From Phoronis australis (taxonomy: Eukaryota; Animalia; Phoronida): 64,000 nucleotides of DNA. The notes under the pieces were generated by a model. That model ran no database searches. It saw only the letters and a program-made list of their open reading frames with translations, and was not told the origin of the DNA. The stretch is from the NCBI GenBank assembly GCA_002633005.1, contig NMRA01000128.1, positions 361,165 to 425,164 of the forward strand. The letters run 5' to 3'. The position numbers were made by a program, and so were the translations under genes. This document shows, piece after piece, positions 54,146 to 64,000 of this stretch (positions within the stretch are counted from its first letter, which is position 1; the number at the start of each line of letters is the position of its first letter).

Positions 54146-57100
54146 CTGCAAAGAAAAAATATATTGATTAATTTTACATCTTACTTTACATCAAAAAACA
54201 GTCTGTCTTGCGAAGGAATACTGACACACACGCACGCACTCACACGCATGCACGCACACGCACACAGCTCACAAGAATGATCAAAGCTGCAGTTACTCTT
54301 ATCTAAGTGGCATAAAGTGAAACACATGCTGCAGCCTACTGCCTACTCACCTTCTTCTAGACCTAGTTGATAGGCCAGGTTTTGTAATCCCCGCACCTTC
54401 TCCATCAGCTGTGAAGTAGTTAGACTGCCGAACTCTGAAGTGGATAGCAGTAAAGATTCTTCAATTTGGAAGACAATATGGCGCAACACTGAAATCTTAT
54501 TTTCTTAATTTCTGGCAAAAACAAAGACATTCAAAACACAGGTTGCACAATACAGAAGTGTGTTCTGTAGATGCGAGAAACTTCCCAAAAAGCAATATCT
54601 CAGAAGACCATGCAAGTGATTTAAGAGTATGCTTGAGTCCTTACAATCATACCTAGCAATATAGCAGCCACAGAAGAAATTGGTCAGTGTGGTTGGAACG
54701 ATGAACTATGGGATAGTTGGTTGTTTCCGTTTCATAAGAGATTTCTCGCCACAAGTGGTTCACAATTGTCTTGGTCTAGAGAATTCAGCCAAGTTGTCAT
54801 CAAACAACACGGTGAAATTAGGAGCATTTGCAGTACTGGTAGTAAGCCTTGAAAAATGCAACAGTAAAAAATTTTGCAACCCCTTCTGTTTGAATTTGAA
54901 CTGTATATGACAATGATTAGACAAGAGGTGTCAATTTGCAACAAATACTGCCATCTTCAGGCGTATTTAAACACATTTTCATGGTGGCTACTTTACAGTT
55001 AACCAGAGCTTATATTTTGATACAGCTATAAGTTTCATGAAACCAATTGTTTTACATTTTCATGGCAATACAAAGTGGAACAATTTAGCAGGACATACCA
55101 CCAAAGGGGACTCAAACCAGGGCAATAGTCCGATATAATGTGTCCATATTCTGAGAACCAGTTTGATGCCCGTTATTCAGTGGAGAAAACTGGTTCTCAA
55201 AATGCAGCCACGTTACATCCGACTATTACCTAAAGAAGAATAAAATTAAAAACACACTCGTAAAAGGATTTAAAAATCCTTTTAGGAGTGTGTTTAAAAG
55301 GCAATGGAGGAAAGCACAGGATTTCAATCTTTGGAACAAACTGCTTACTTTACTTCAAAACAGTCAAGATTAGACTGAGAGGAAAATTGTCACTGGCTTA
55401 TACAACATCAGTAATTAAAGTCCCAAGTAGCACCATCTTTGAAAATCGTCATTTTTTTATTAAGATTTGGGCAAGAACCCCTTTTAATATTTTTTAATGT
55501 AGCGCATAACACAAGTTAAAAACATTAAATGGAATGGAGTTCATTGATTGCTTCACTTATTCCAGTTTGAAGTCAGCAATTCCATCTTGACCTAAGTAGC
55601 ACTGATGAAACTTTAAAAGTGGATTGAAGATCATTGTCATACAACATAGTAAGCATAGTCTTACGTTGTAAAACTTCAATGTCATCCTTTTCCAATTCTT
55701 TTCTCCACTTTGGAGGTGTACTTGAGCTTGCCAAAGGCTGCAACATACACAGTAATGAACTACAATACTAATACAATACAATACAATACAATAGAATATA
55801 TGAAATACAAGCATCCCAAGACAAAAACAGTGAAAAACCGCCTCATACTATAAAGACAAATGTACTTCTTACAAATATCCATGAAAAGCTACAGTATTAA
55901 ACTTGGACAGAGCCAACCCACTATGATGCGGGGTAGGTCTGTCTGTAACAAGATGACCTACACTGAAAAAAGTAAGGTATCATAGGGAGGGAAAACACAA
56001 GTGTACTCAATACCACCTTAGGTAACAAAATATTTAGTAGTGTTTTTTTACAAACAAGGTGCCTAGAAGGATGGGCGTGTTGTTCTCAGAAGCATCCAGA
56101 GTGTTGCCTGCATTTGATTACTCTTCAGATGATGCCTCTAGCCAAGCTTATATTCACTTGGTTGGTGACAGACAACATTAACTAGCTGCAACTCAAAAGG
56201 TAGACTGTACACTCCAAAAAATCAGAAAACCGCAAAGAAAATCAGAAGAAAATTAATTGCAAATCATTGTAGAAGTTTTTTTCCAAAACTTAAGTTGATA
56301 TTTTGAATTATTTGTCATTTTTGAAAACTACAGTATTTAGCAAATCTATGTCCAAGGTGACACGCAGAAAATAAACAGGTGTGGTGTGGATCTAAATAAT
56401 CACATGGAATCTATCAAACATGGCCCTTGCTCCACTTAGGTCAAAGGTGACTTTGTCATCAAATATGAGAAGGCAAGTTTCCTCACTAGTTGCCACCACA
56501 ATTCAATGTTCAAACGGACACAAGGAGAGAATTTTTTATCATTGCAAAGCAGCCAATTGAGCAGAATTTTGTACGATTTTTTCAGATGGGAAGGAGGCCT
56601 GTGAGGACCTTACCAAACCAAAAATACTTACACTTTTGATGGCGGCAAACTCAGACACTCCTGGAACTGTAAGAGCAAGAATTTAAGAATACATAGTCAA
56701 ATATTTGGGAATTTAAACACTTTGAGAAATGATGCTTTCTGTTTTAAAACACACAGTAAATAAAAAAACTTGTTTGAGAATGTTAGAAATCCATCACTAG
56801 GACCTCTTTATTTTGGTCAAATCCTTTTAAACAAATGGAGAAGAACATTTGGTGGAACTAGACTGCACGTCATTTCCCATTTTTTTCTTGTCTTGATCAT
56901 TTTCAAAAAAGATAAACCAAATAAGACTTGTGTCATTGGCACTGAGAATGTATCGACAGTAATTCACCTATGGTAAAATCTTACTAAAGTTCACCAAAAA
57001 TACCAGTAAGTACCGAAATTACCATTTCATCACGTTTCAAAGTCTCCTAACATTGCTGTGAATGCCCACATCCTTTCAAAGTGTTGTCTGGTGGTAGCTA

Positions 57101-60100
57101 TGGCAGAGAGCGTGAAGAAGGCAACACACTAATTTGGTGTTACGAATCATTTGTGAAGAATGAGAAAATAAAAATTACCCTTGTCCACCACATCATGCCC
57201 TAAAGTGGTAAGAGTTTACCAGACATGTTGTAATTTCTAATCCAGTACTCAATGTAAAATGTATCTAACAAAACTATATAGCAAAACAACAACCTCCTAA
57301 CTCACTTTCACAGTTCAGGAACAACAGTGCAAGATTAACAGAAAAGTTCAATTTAAACTCATGCTCACTTACTCTGTTCAGGCCATAAGTCTGGAGAAGA
57401 CCTGTCAAGACGTTCCAAGCAGATGAAGTGCTGATCAAAATCTGGAAGTAAGTTAAGAATTTGTTTTCAACACCATTTCTACAATACACGCAAAGAAAAC
57501 CATTACTGTAGGAAAACCATCTTATATTACTTTTCTGAGCTTCACCACAACCACTGCCCAAACCATCACCAGAACCCCATTTAAAGATTACATTTTGATT
57601 TGAATTTCAAGAATTAGAGAAAGATAAGTATAATCACAAGATTCAGACAAGTTACATTGCTTTTACTTTGAATGGGGATAATTAACTGTATGAGAAATAC
57701 AAGGATTCCCCACATTGATGGCAACTTTTAGTATTTTCTGTTCTGCTTTATTATGAATTCTATGATCTTCTCATAAGAGTATTTCATTTTGTTAAGTACA
57801 AGTTTTGTCACAAGAGTAAATTTAAAAAAGAAAATCAGACTTGTGATTTTGAATTCGAACTGAAATTTGCACTTATCAAAAACTTGGGTAATCAAGATTT
57901 CTTTCCACTAGGTTCTTTCATTCAGTAACAGAATCATTAGCACAACGCATTTTTCAATGATAGAAATCACAGATGCCTGATCTTTTGTACTATTTGGATA
58001 AAGGCCACAACTTGCCAGTGTGTAGATGCAGTAGGCAATACAGGCGATGGCCCTGTAATGGAGCTGCTTAACTGATTTACATTTGTGAATAACAGATTGG
58101 AAATAAATACACGACCAAAAACTGCAATTGTCTCCTAATGTTAAACATGCAAATTACAGTGAAGATGCACTGGGTGCAGATTTAGTTACTGTATCACCAC
58201 GCCTTACGTTCTATGGGCCTCTAGCCGACATAATGTCTTTTTTCACAGTCTTTGTTACGCAACTTAACGCAAGCGGTTTGCATATCGGCGCATGCGTGTA
58301 AGTTTCACATACAAGCCCTAGTAATGTCCTCTGTGCAAGCCCATACATTAATTTGCATGTCGGCGTACCCATTTTCCCTACAGCTATACCTTCTAATGGC
58401 AATTTGTTCACGTTTACTTCTATATCTTAGGAGTTCATTGGTGTATTTTCTAGAAATTTGGTAACTAGTTTTGCATTGTCATTGTCGTACCTGTAAGCCC
58501 ATGGGCTTATATCTGATACAATGCCTTTTTTCGCATTTTGTTTCCCAAGTCGTTTGCATATTGATGCAGGCATTTGTTTTGCAAGCTACAAAGGTCAAAG
58601 GTCAAGTACATCTGCTACAACTGTGCCTAAGGTTTCCATACAAGAGCAGTTCCACACCCATGGGCTTATCACAGCAATATGGTGAACTTAATTGGAAGAG
58701 TAAAGGAACAAAATCATCAAAAATGGACAAAGTTTATTGACAGTGACAGGCTTTCACCATTGTCATCACCTAGCAATAGCTATCATTTATCAATCACCAA
58801 GTTTCCCTTCAGGATTGCCAACACTGCCACCACCCCCCCCCTCGCGTCTTCCCAAGGTTTCCACGTCTCAATCAAATAAACTTTGAGGTACAGCAAATCA
58901 TAATTTGCCAAACAGCCACAAGGGGGGAGCAAACACAAAATTATTGTCATCAGTGGGGGGACCAAGTGCACAAGTAGAGATGGTGGAGGTTCATATGCTG
59001 GAAGCCTTTTGGCAAATTATGCCTCACAGTGATTAAAACATCAACCTCACGTTGTTATAAATACCTTTTGCACACAGAGGCACAATGTCTTAATTCCTTC
59101 CAACTTGAACAAATACTGTCGTAATAGCCGGGATTACTCGACCTTAGGAATTGAACCATCGACCCCGGTTTAACCGGCGAGCATGCTAACTATTCAGCTA
59201 ATAGGCAATTGCCCGTTAGCAAGTGGCTAACAGGGGCTCATATATGATACACCGGAAGCACGTTTCACAATACTCCCGTGGGCGTGATAGGCATTTAGTC
59301 AAGCGACCTAAATATCAGACCTTTTGGCACATTTGCATTATATTTAATTGGAAATAATACGGATTGTTGTAAATTCTTTACTGAAATAATGACTTACCCC
59401 CTAAGGAATTGTTCTGTTACTATATCTTGTCACCGAAGGCCACGTTTATGTTCTGACTGATCTTTGAAAACACAACTAGCGAACCTTTGGAGAACCTAAA
59501 TATCGGACACCACGTTTCCACATATGCTACACTACGGAAAACTGACTAACCAAGTATAATGGCACCTTGTCGCCAAATTGCTGCTCGAGTATTTTGATAT
59601 ATTTGCTGCTAGAACACAGCTCCGTTTGCAAAATTATCCATAAAATGTCACCTGATGACACACACACGTGCGCAACGGTGGTTTGACTGGAGTTTAAAAA
59701 AATGAAACAGTGACATATTGTCAGTTCATTTAGGTTACTTCATTGTGGAAAAAGATTTTGTTTTCAACTTTTATAACCAATTTATATGATCGTCCATTTT
59801 AGGCTAACTTGCGGGTCTAAATTGCACCCTCTCTCGGTGAAATCAAAACTAAGCAACGCTATAAAAATGAGACAATGCCAGACATTGAATGAATTGCAGT
59901 GGAACAAAAATTGGTGTCATTTATTTCTCAGATTATGCTTCAAGTAAGATTTTGTGTAGTGTCCGATATTTAGGGTCCCTCCGATAATTAGGTGCTGAGT
60001 AGCCAAACTTCGAGCAGTTCTTCGATCAGTTGCCCACATTGGCAACTTGCTCCTATTTTTACCGTGCCTGCCAGGAGAAGTGTTAAAAACCGCCAGTTGC

Positions 60101-60557
60101 CGATTTGGGCAACTGAATGAAGGACTGCTTGAAAAAAACTTTGATTAGGGAAATCTGTTTGATTAGGCCTAATATTTTTTGAGTTGGAAGGAATTAAAGA
60201 CAACGACAATCTGGGCCAGCTAGTGACGGTGGAAACTGTCTAAACTGGAATGAGTTTCGACTGGGGAAGGATTTTATTTGCAAGGTAAGACTAAGAATTA
60301 CAAATTAACACTAACAACAGGTGCAGGAGTGAGGAGGGGCCCCGTAACACCGTCTCACGTCTGCAACCCCCCTCAATTGGCTTTGAGCTAGAGCAGAGGT
60401 GCAGGGCAAGAGCCGCATCAAAACAAAAAGGAATTATAACTTATCGAAGGATAAACAGTGAGGATCGTATTTGAATCAGCAATGTAAAAATCTGACGTTG
60501 CTATTTGCACAATATTTGCTACCCGCAGTTTCAAAACAAACCTGAACCAAACGCCAT
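54087..60557 (-). CDS. LIN52: Protein lin-52 homolog (MuvB/DREAM core subunit), complete spliced CDS: join(60557-60542, 57441-57373, 56666-56632, 55737-55665, 54434-54351, 54145-54087), 111 aa
   Basis: Six exons (16+69+35+73+84+59=336 nt) with GT/AG boundaries and matching phases give MAFGSDFDQHFICLERLDRSSPDLWPEQIPGVSEFAAIKSPLASSSTPPKWRKELEKDDIEVLQQFGSLTTSQLMEKVRGLQNLAYQLGLEEAREMTRGKFLNILDKNPQS*. The SPDLWPEQ, PPKW and LMEKVRGLQNLAYQLG..EMTRGKFLNIL blocks match LIN52 as I recall it. Confidence 0.97.
54351..54434 (-). CDS. LIN52: LIN52 exon 5 (QFGSLTTSQLMEKVRGLQNLAYQLGLEE)
   Basis: cacttcag acceptor, GTGAGT donor; highly conserved helix. Confidence 0.98.
55665..55737 (-). CDS. LIN52: LIN52 exon 4 (PLASSSTPPKWRKELEKDDIEVLQ)
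   Basis: gttgcag acceptor, GTAAGA donor; PPKW..E.E.DDI conserved. Confidence 0.95.
56632..56666 (-). CDS. LIN52: LIN52 exon 3 (IPGVSEFAAIKS)
   Basis: ctcttacag acceptor, GTAAGT donor; PGVxEFAA conserved. Confidence 0.95.
57373..57441 (-). CDS. LIN52: LIN52 exon 2 (DFDQHFICLERLDRSSPDLWPEQ)
   Basis: ttacttccag acceptor, GTAAGT donor; contains the RxSP DYRK-type site and DLWPEQ. Confidence 0.96.
59117..59269 (-). mobile_element. Solo-LTR-like element (153 bp) containing a tRNA-derived Pol III cassette
   Basis: TGT...ACA ends with ATAC on both flanks (59113-59116, 59270-59273); - strand A-box-like TAGCTGAATAG and B-box GGTTCAATTCC. Confidence 0.65.
59300..59995. mobile_element. Tc1/pogo-like MITE remnant in LIN52 intron 1
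   Basis: CCTAAATATC(G/A)GAC at about 59308 and 59495, inverted as GTCCGATATTTAGG at 59961 and CCGATAATTAGG at 59981; ends approximate. Confidence 0.5.
60542..60557 (-). CDS. LIN52: LIN52 coding exon 1 (MAFGS+G)
   Basis: AAAATGGCG start context, G|GTTTGT donor, phase 1 matches exon 2. Confidence 0.8.
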
Positions 60558-60813
60558 TTTTACATTTCCGTTGAAATAATAATTCTCTCTTCCTGTAAAA
60601 CGTAATGAAAGTATAATAAATTAGCTGTTACTGTTTTCATAATTTTTTTAACACATTATGATTACAAAAAAGCACAAAATTCAAAAACATTATGTGATAT
60701 TTACATTTATTACAAGAAAATTTGATAGTTTAATTCATCCACAATTACACTTTTAGTTCGACTCTGAAAGCCAGTGCCCTCTACAGCCTACAACAGCAGT
60801 CTTTTGTGGCGAA
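60558..60813. promoter_or_regulatory. Putative bidirectional promoter and 5' UTRs shared by LIN52 and ALDH6A1
   Basis: 256 bp between divergent ATGs; ETS-like CGGAA and YY1-like AAAATGGCG on the - strand at about 60552-60570. Confidence 0.75.
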
Positions 60814-60840
60814 ATGCTCCGTTCAAAAGTTGTGAAACAG
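60814..60840 (+). CDS. ALDH6A1: ALDH6A1 coding exon 1 (MLRSKVVKQ)
   Basis: gaaATG, CAG|GTATGT donor, phase 0; presequence-like. Confidence 0.8.
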
Positions 60841-63253
60841 GTATGTGTCAAACACATTTCGTCGCATTTGATTGCAAAAAGAAGAGCTCATTTGTTAGAC
60901 TGAGATTTTGTAGTATAGAAGCATCGTTTTGTGTTCGAGCATATAGGCCCCAGCTCTCCACTTACACGGACCTGTGACATGTCTAAACTCCAATGCTCGT
61001 TCTCCGACCCCAGTCCACACTTACGTAACCGGGTCGTAACTGTTTTTATAACTAATTGGCCTAGCTATCCCATAGACCCTTGAAACTCCGGAATTATGTC
61101 AAACACTGATTAAACAATCAACGTCATGTTGCTACAACCACCTTTTGCGCATAGACAGACAGAGGTCAAGACTCCAAGAGGGACATCTTAGCGTAAAGGC
61201 TATTGATCTAATAAAGACTTAAAACTTTTAAGTCTTATAAAAGCACAGGCTGTTGAGGTCTTTAACCCAGTTCGAACAAATAGTCCCACAATGAAACTTT
61301 TTTTCAAACAGTCTTTTGTTCAGTTGCCCAAACTGGCACGAACAGTATGAAGGATCTATGGTATGGCCACTGTTGAGACGATTGTACTGTTAAATGAGAC
61401 GCCAATGTAAGGTAAAAAAAATGGGCAAATAAAATTAGACACAAAATTAGTGTCTTTAAAAACAACACTCTTCCTTGGGCAAATTAAACTCTTTACTGAT
61501 GTTGGAAAAATTGGTGTTCAACTGTTATTCTGCTGCTAAAGTTGTAGAGCGATGTTATGCGTTGAAGCTTTTGGCGCTGTAGCCAGCCAGCTAGCTGTAT
61601 GAAGACTATCATCAAAATACAGCTATGTACCACTGTGTGTTTTTCTTCCATAGACCCTGAAATTGCACCTTGCCGTGAAATTTGTTTCAACATGTAAGGC
61701 TAAAGACCGGACGGGGTGCGTGCAAAATTTGGGAGTCAACTGACACTCACCTTGCCCGTTACAACTGTTAAAGTGAAAAACAATTCAACAAACGTCATTT
61801 TGTTGTGTCATTCTCGACCTTTTGTAACAATGAAAAGTATGCTGTCATTCTTAAAACAATATGCTTGTGTCACGTGCTAAATTTTTGCGACAACTTCGCA
61901 GCAGCAAAATTTGTTCTGAAATTCGGTTTTCGGTATCGAAATTCTAAAAACTTATCATGAAGTGAAACCAGTTCCATTAATTTGTTGCGACGTGTACACA
62001 ACTTCGTGAAAGAACAACAGTTGATTGAAGAAAAGAAAATGGCCAATAGGTGACGCAATATTTCATGGCGCCGAAAGCTGACGCAGAAGATCGCTCCAGA
62101 ACTTTAGCAGCAGAATAATGGTAGAACGCCATTTTTCCAACACCGTTTACTCAAGTAAGACTGTAGTTTTTAATTGCATTAATTTGTGTCAGATTATGTA
62201 TTACTACTTTTTTACCCACATCTGCGCAAAGCTGTATATTTAGTATACAGCTTTGTACCAAGGCTACATGAAATGTAGCGTCACCTGTTGCCCATTTTCT
62301 TTTCAGCTGATTCTTCAATGAACTGATCTTCTTTGACATTGCAAACATGTCACAACAAATTGTCAGAACAATTTTCACTTCACAATAAATTTTTAGTATT
62401 TTAATAATATCAGCAAACCAAATTTCAGAACAAACTTTGCTGCTGCCAAGGTACTATCATCTCCCGTGAGATGTCGTTAAAAAAATTTAGGAAATGGCAC
62501 GTGCGCATGCTGATGGACTTTTTTTGTTACAAAAGGCAGAGAATTATGCAAGAAAATGATATTTATTAAGATTGTTTTTCACTTATAAAAGGGCTTCAAC
62601 TGACGAGGTGTGTTGTCGTTTGACTCCCAGTCCTACTGGAATTGCTGTTTTCTTAGCCACATCACATGTTACAAATCATCTGTTAACAGTCATGTTTTCA
62701 TACAGCCAAAGTCAGGAAGGTTTAATGATGCTGACAGTGGATTCACTTGTCAAAATTAATTGAATGGTGGTTTTAAGCACTTTAAACTCTTTGTTTACTC
62801 TGTTTCAGGCTTTTGCCTTTGCTGCCAGGAGAGGCTATGCGTCCAGCTCTGTAAGAGTTTAATTGTTATTTATGATTGATGAATTGTCAGTTTACAATCA
62901 TCATTTGCAACTTGCAACTTTTGATATAGAGATGTTTAGAATTTCACTGATTGATTTGTAATTTTGTCAAAATTTGTGTTAATTGAATGGTTTTGCAAAT
63001 TAGTCTAACTTTCTTGGTATATGAATGATTTGTATCTGGTATTTATCTCATCTATACAAACAATTTTGTTTGTCAGGCTCTGACTTAATTTCCTCAGTAA
63101 AATTAAAATTTGAAATTATCCTTCAATCATGATGATAAAGTTAAGTAGTAGAAATTTGATTGTTTTGCTTTGCAGGTGTCAACCACCAAGCTTTTCCTTG
63201 ATGGCAAATTTGTCGAGTCGCAAGCCACGGATTGGATTGACCTGCACAACCCA
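60814..63253 (+). CDS. ALDH6A1: Methylmalonate-semialdehyde dehydrogenase (mitochondrial), 5' part: join(60814-60840, 62809-62850, 63176-63253); continues beyond the window
   Basis: Three phase-0 exons give MLRSKVVKQ|AFAFAARRGYASSS|VSTTKLFLDGKFVESQATDWIDLHNP: a basic, acid-free mitochondrial presequence with an R-x-Y/A cleavage motif, followed by the MMSDH N-terminus (KLFI.GKFVES...WID.HNP). Confidence 0.92.
61871..62503. mobile_element. Foldback MITE in ALDH6A1 intron 1, plus an inverted partial relative at about 61405-61580
   Basis: 61871-62068 pairs with the reverse complement of 62266-62503 (both ends CACGTG); spacer 62066-62220 matches 61405-61580 in reverse. Confidence 0.7.
62809..62850 (+). 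CDS. ALDH6A1: ALDH6A1 exon 2 (AFAFAARRGYASSS)
   Basis: tttactctgtttcag acceptor, GTAAGA donor, phase 0-0. Confidence 0.87.
63176..63253 (+). CDS. ALDH6A1: ALDH6A1 exon 3 (VSTTKLFLDGKFVESQATDWIDLHNP)
   Basis: ttttgctttgcag acceptor, GTATGT donor; recognisable MMSDH sequence. Confidence 0.95.
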
Positions 63254-64000
63254 GTATGTAACCATAGAAACAAAAAAGGCTAAGTAATTTTCTCTGGCAT
63301 TGCTATCAGGTAAAATATATATATGTAGGTTTTCTGTGTTGTGTGAATTTGTCTTAGTCTATTTACTTATATGTGCGTAATTAAGCCTTCACGCCTATAT
63401 GTGAAACTGTATACATCTGGAATTATGCATTTGTGACTAGGTAAATTTTCTTTAACTTAGAACACAATATGACATTACAGTGAAATATTTTATAAAAAAA
63501 TTCCAACAAAAGTAATTGGGAAGAAATCTTTACTTTTTTTTCACGGTTCAGATATATGCACATGCACACGCACACGCACACACACACACACACCTGTCAT
63601 CTACAAACACATGATTACTTTGAACTTTTTTGTGTGCCCACGTATACCAGTACACATGTGAGTGCGTGTTGCTGTCGTCTCTGAACATGCTGTCTTGTAA
63701 TTTGCGTCCGACACCCTTTGCTGTATCTCCTAAACCTCTTGCCGGATCTTAATGAAATTTGCGATATGTGTTTCTATGTAGCTGATGGCAAATGCATCGT
63801 AGAAAAATGACCTTATTTGGCTAACTTCAGAACATCATATCATTTTCATAAATTTGTTTGTATTTATATGAAAACTTCAGAGGCCATGCTTTATGCATTG
63901 TTCTCTAAAACGCTGTTTGGAATTGTTTTTAAAATGTTCTATTTTTGCATGGTATGATATCAAAATATTACACCTTTAAAGATTTTGATGAAAAAATTAA

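Noticed and set aside
59140-59205. Functional tRNA gene
   Set aside because: A and B boxes are present, but no proper acceptor stem or 7-nt anticodon loop is evident; treated as repeat-derived.
59391-59440. - strand GTAAGT donor at 59397 as LIN52 coding exon 1
   Set aside because: In-frame TAA upstream with no ATG; lies in a MITE remnant.
60250-60290. ATGAGTTTC...AAG|GTAAGA as ALDH6A1 first exon
   Set aside because: Ends in phase 2, incompatible with phase-0 exon 2, and lies inside LIN52 intron 1; 60814-60840 fits better.
62041-62160. CpG-rich ATGGCG plus GTAAGA donor as ALDH6A1 first exon or promoter
   Set aside because: In-frame stop or wrong phase, and the sequence is part of a foldback repeat with a second local copy.

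Overview
AT-rich, intron- and repeat-rich animal genomic DNA, probably from an invertebrate bilaterian (inference). Most ORF-track entries look spurious; the real genes are spliced and were assembled by hand from splice signals and phase. (1) A complete 6-exon LIN52 (MuvB/DREAM subunit, 111 aa, - strand, 54087-60557). (2) The first three coding exons of ALDH6A1/MMSDH (+ strand, 60814 to past the window end), head-to-head with LIN52 with only 256 bp between the start codons, as I recall the pair is in human. (3) A FAM53/Simplet-like gene (- strand, coding exons 41993-40471, 3' end unresolved) with a DSGTES degron and overlapping uORFs. Notable features: a Helentron/HINE-like repeat family whose ~145-bp internal units each carry a CTCF-consensus motif (loci at 12.8, 20.7 and 48.5 kb); a 153-bp TGT..ACA solo-LTR-like element containing a tRNA-like Pol III cassette in LIN52 intron 1; a natural FxCxExL variant of the LIN52 pocket-protein-binding motif; a decayed THAP transposon; Gypsy-like gag/protease remnants; several MITEs with readable TIRs/TSDs; and a 554-bp duplication across a single N that is probably an assembly artefact.
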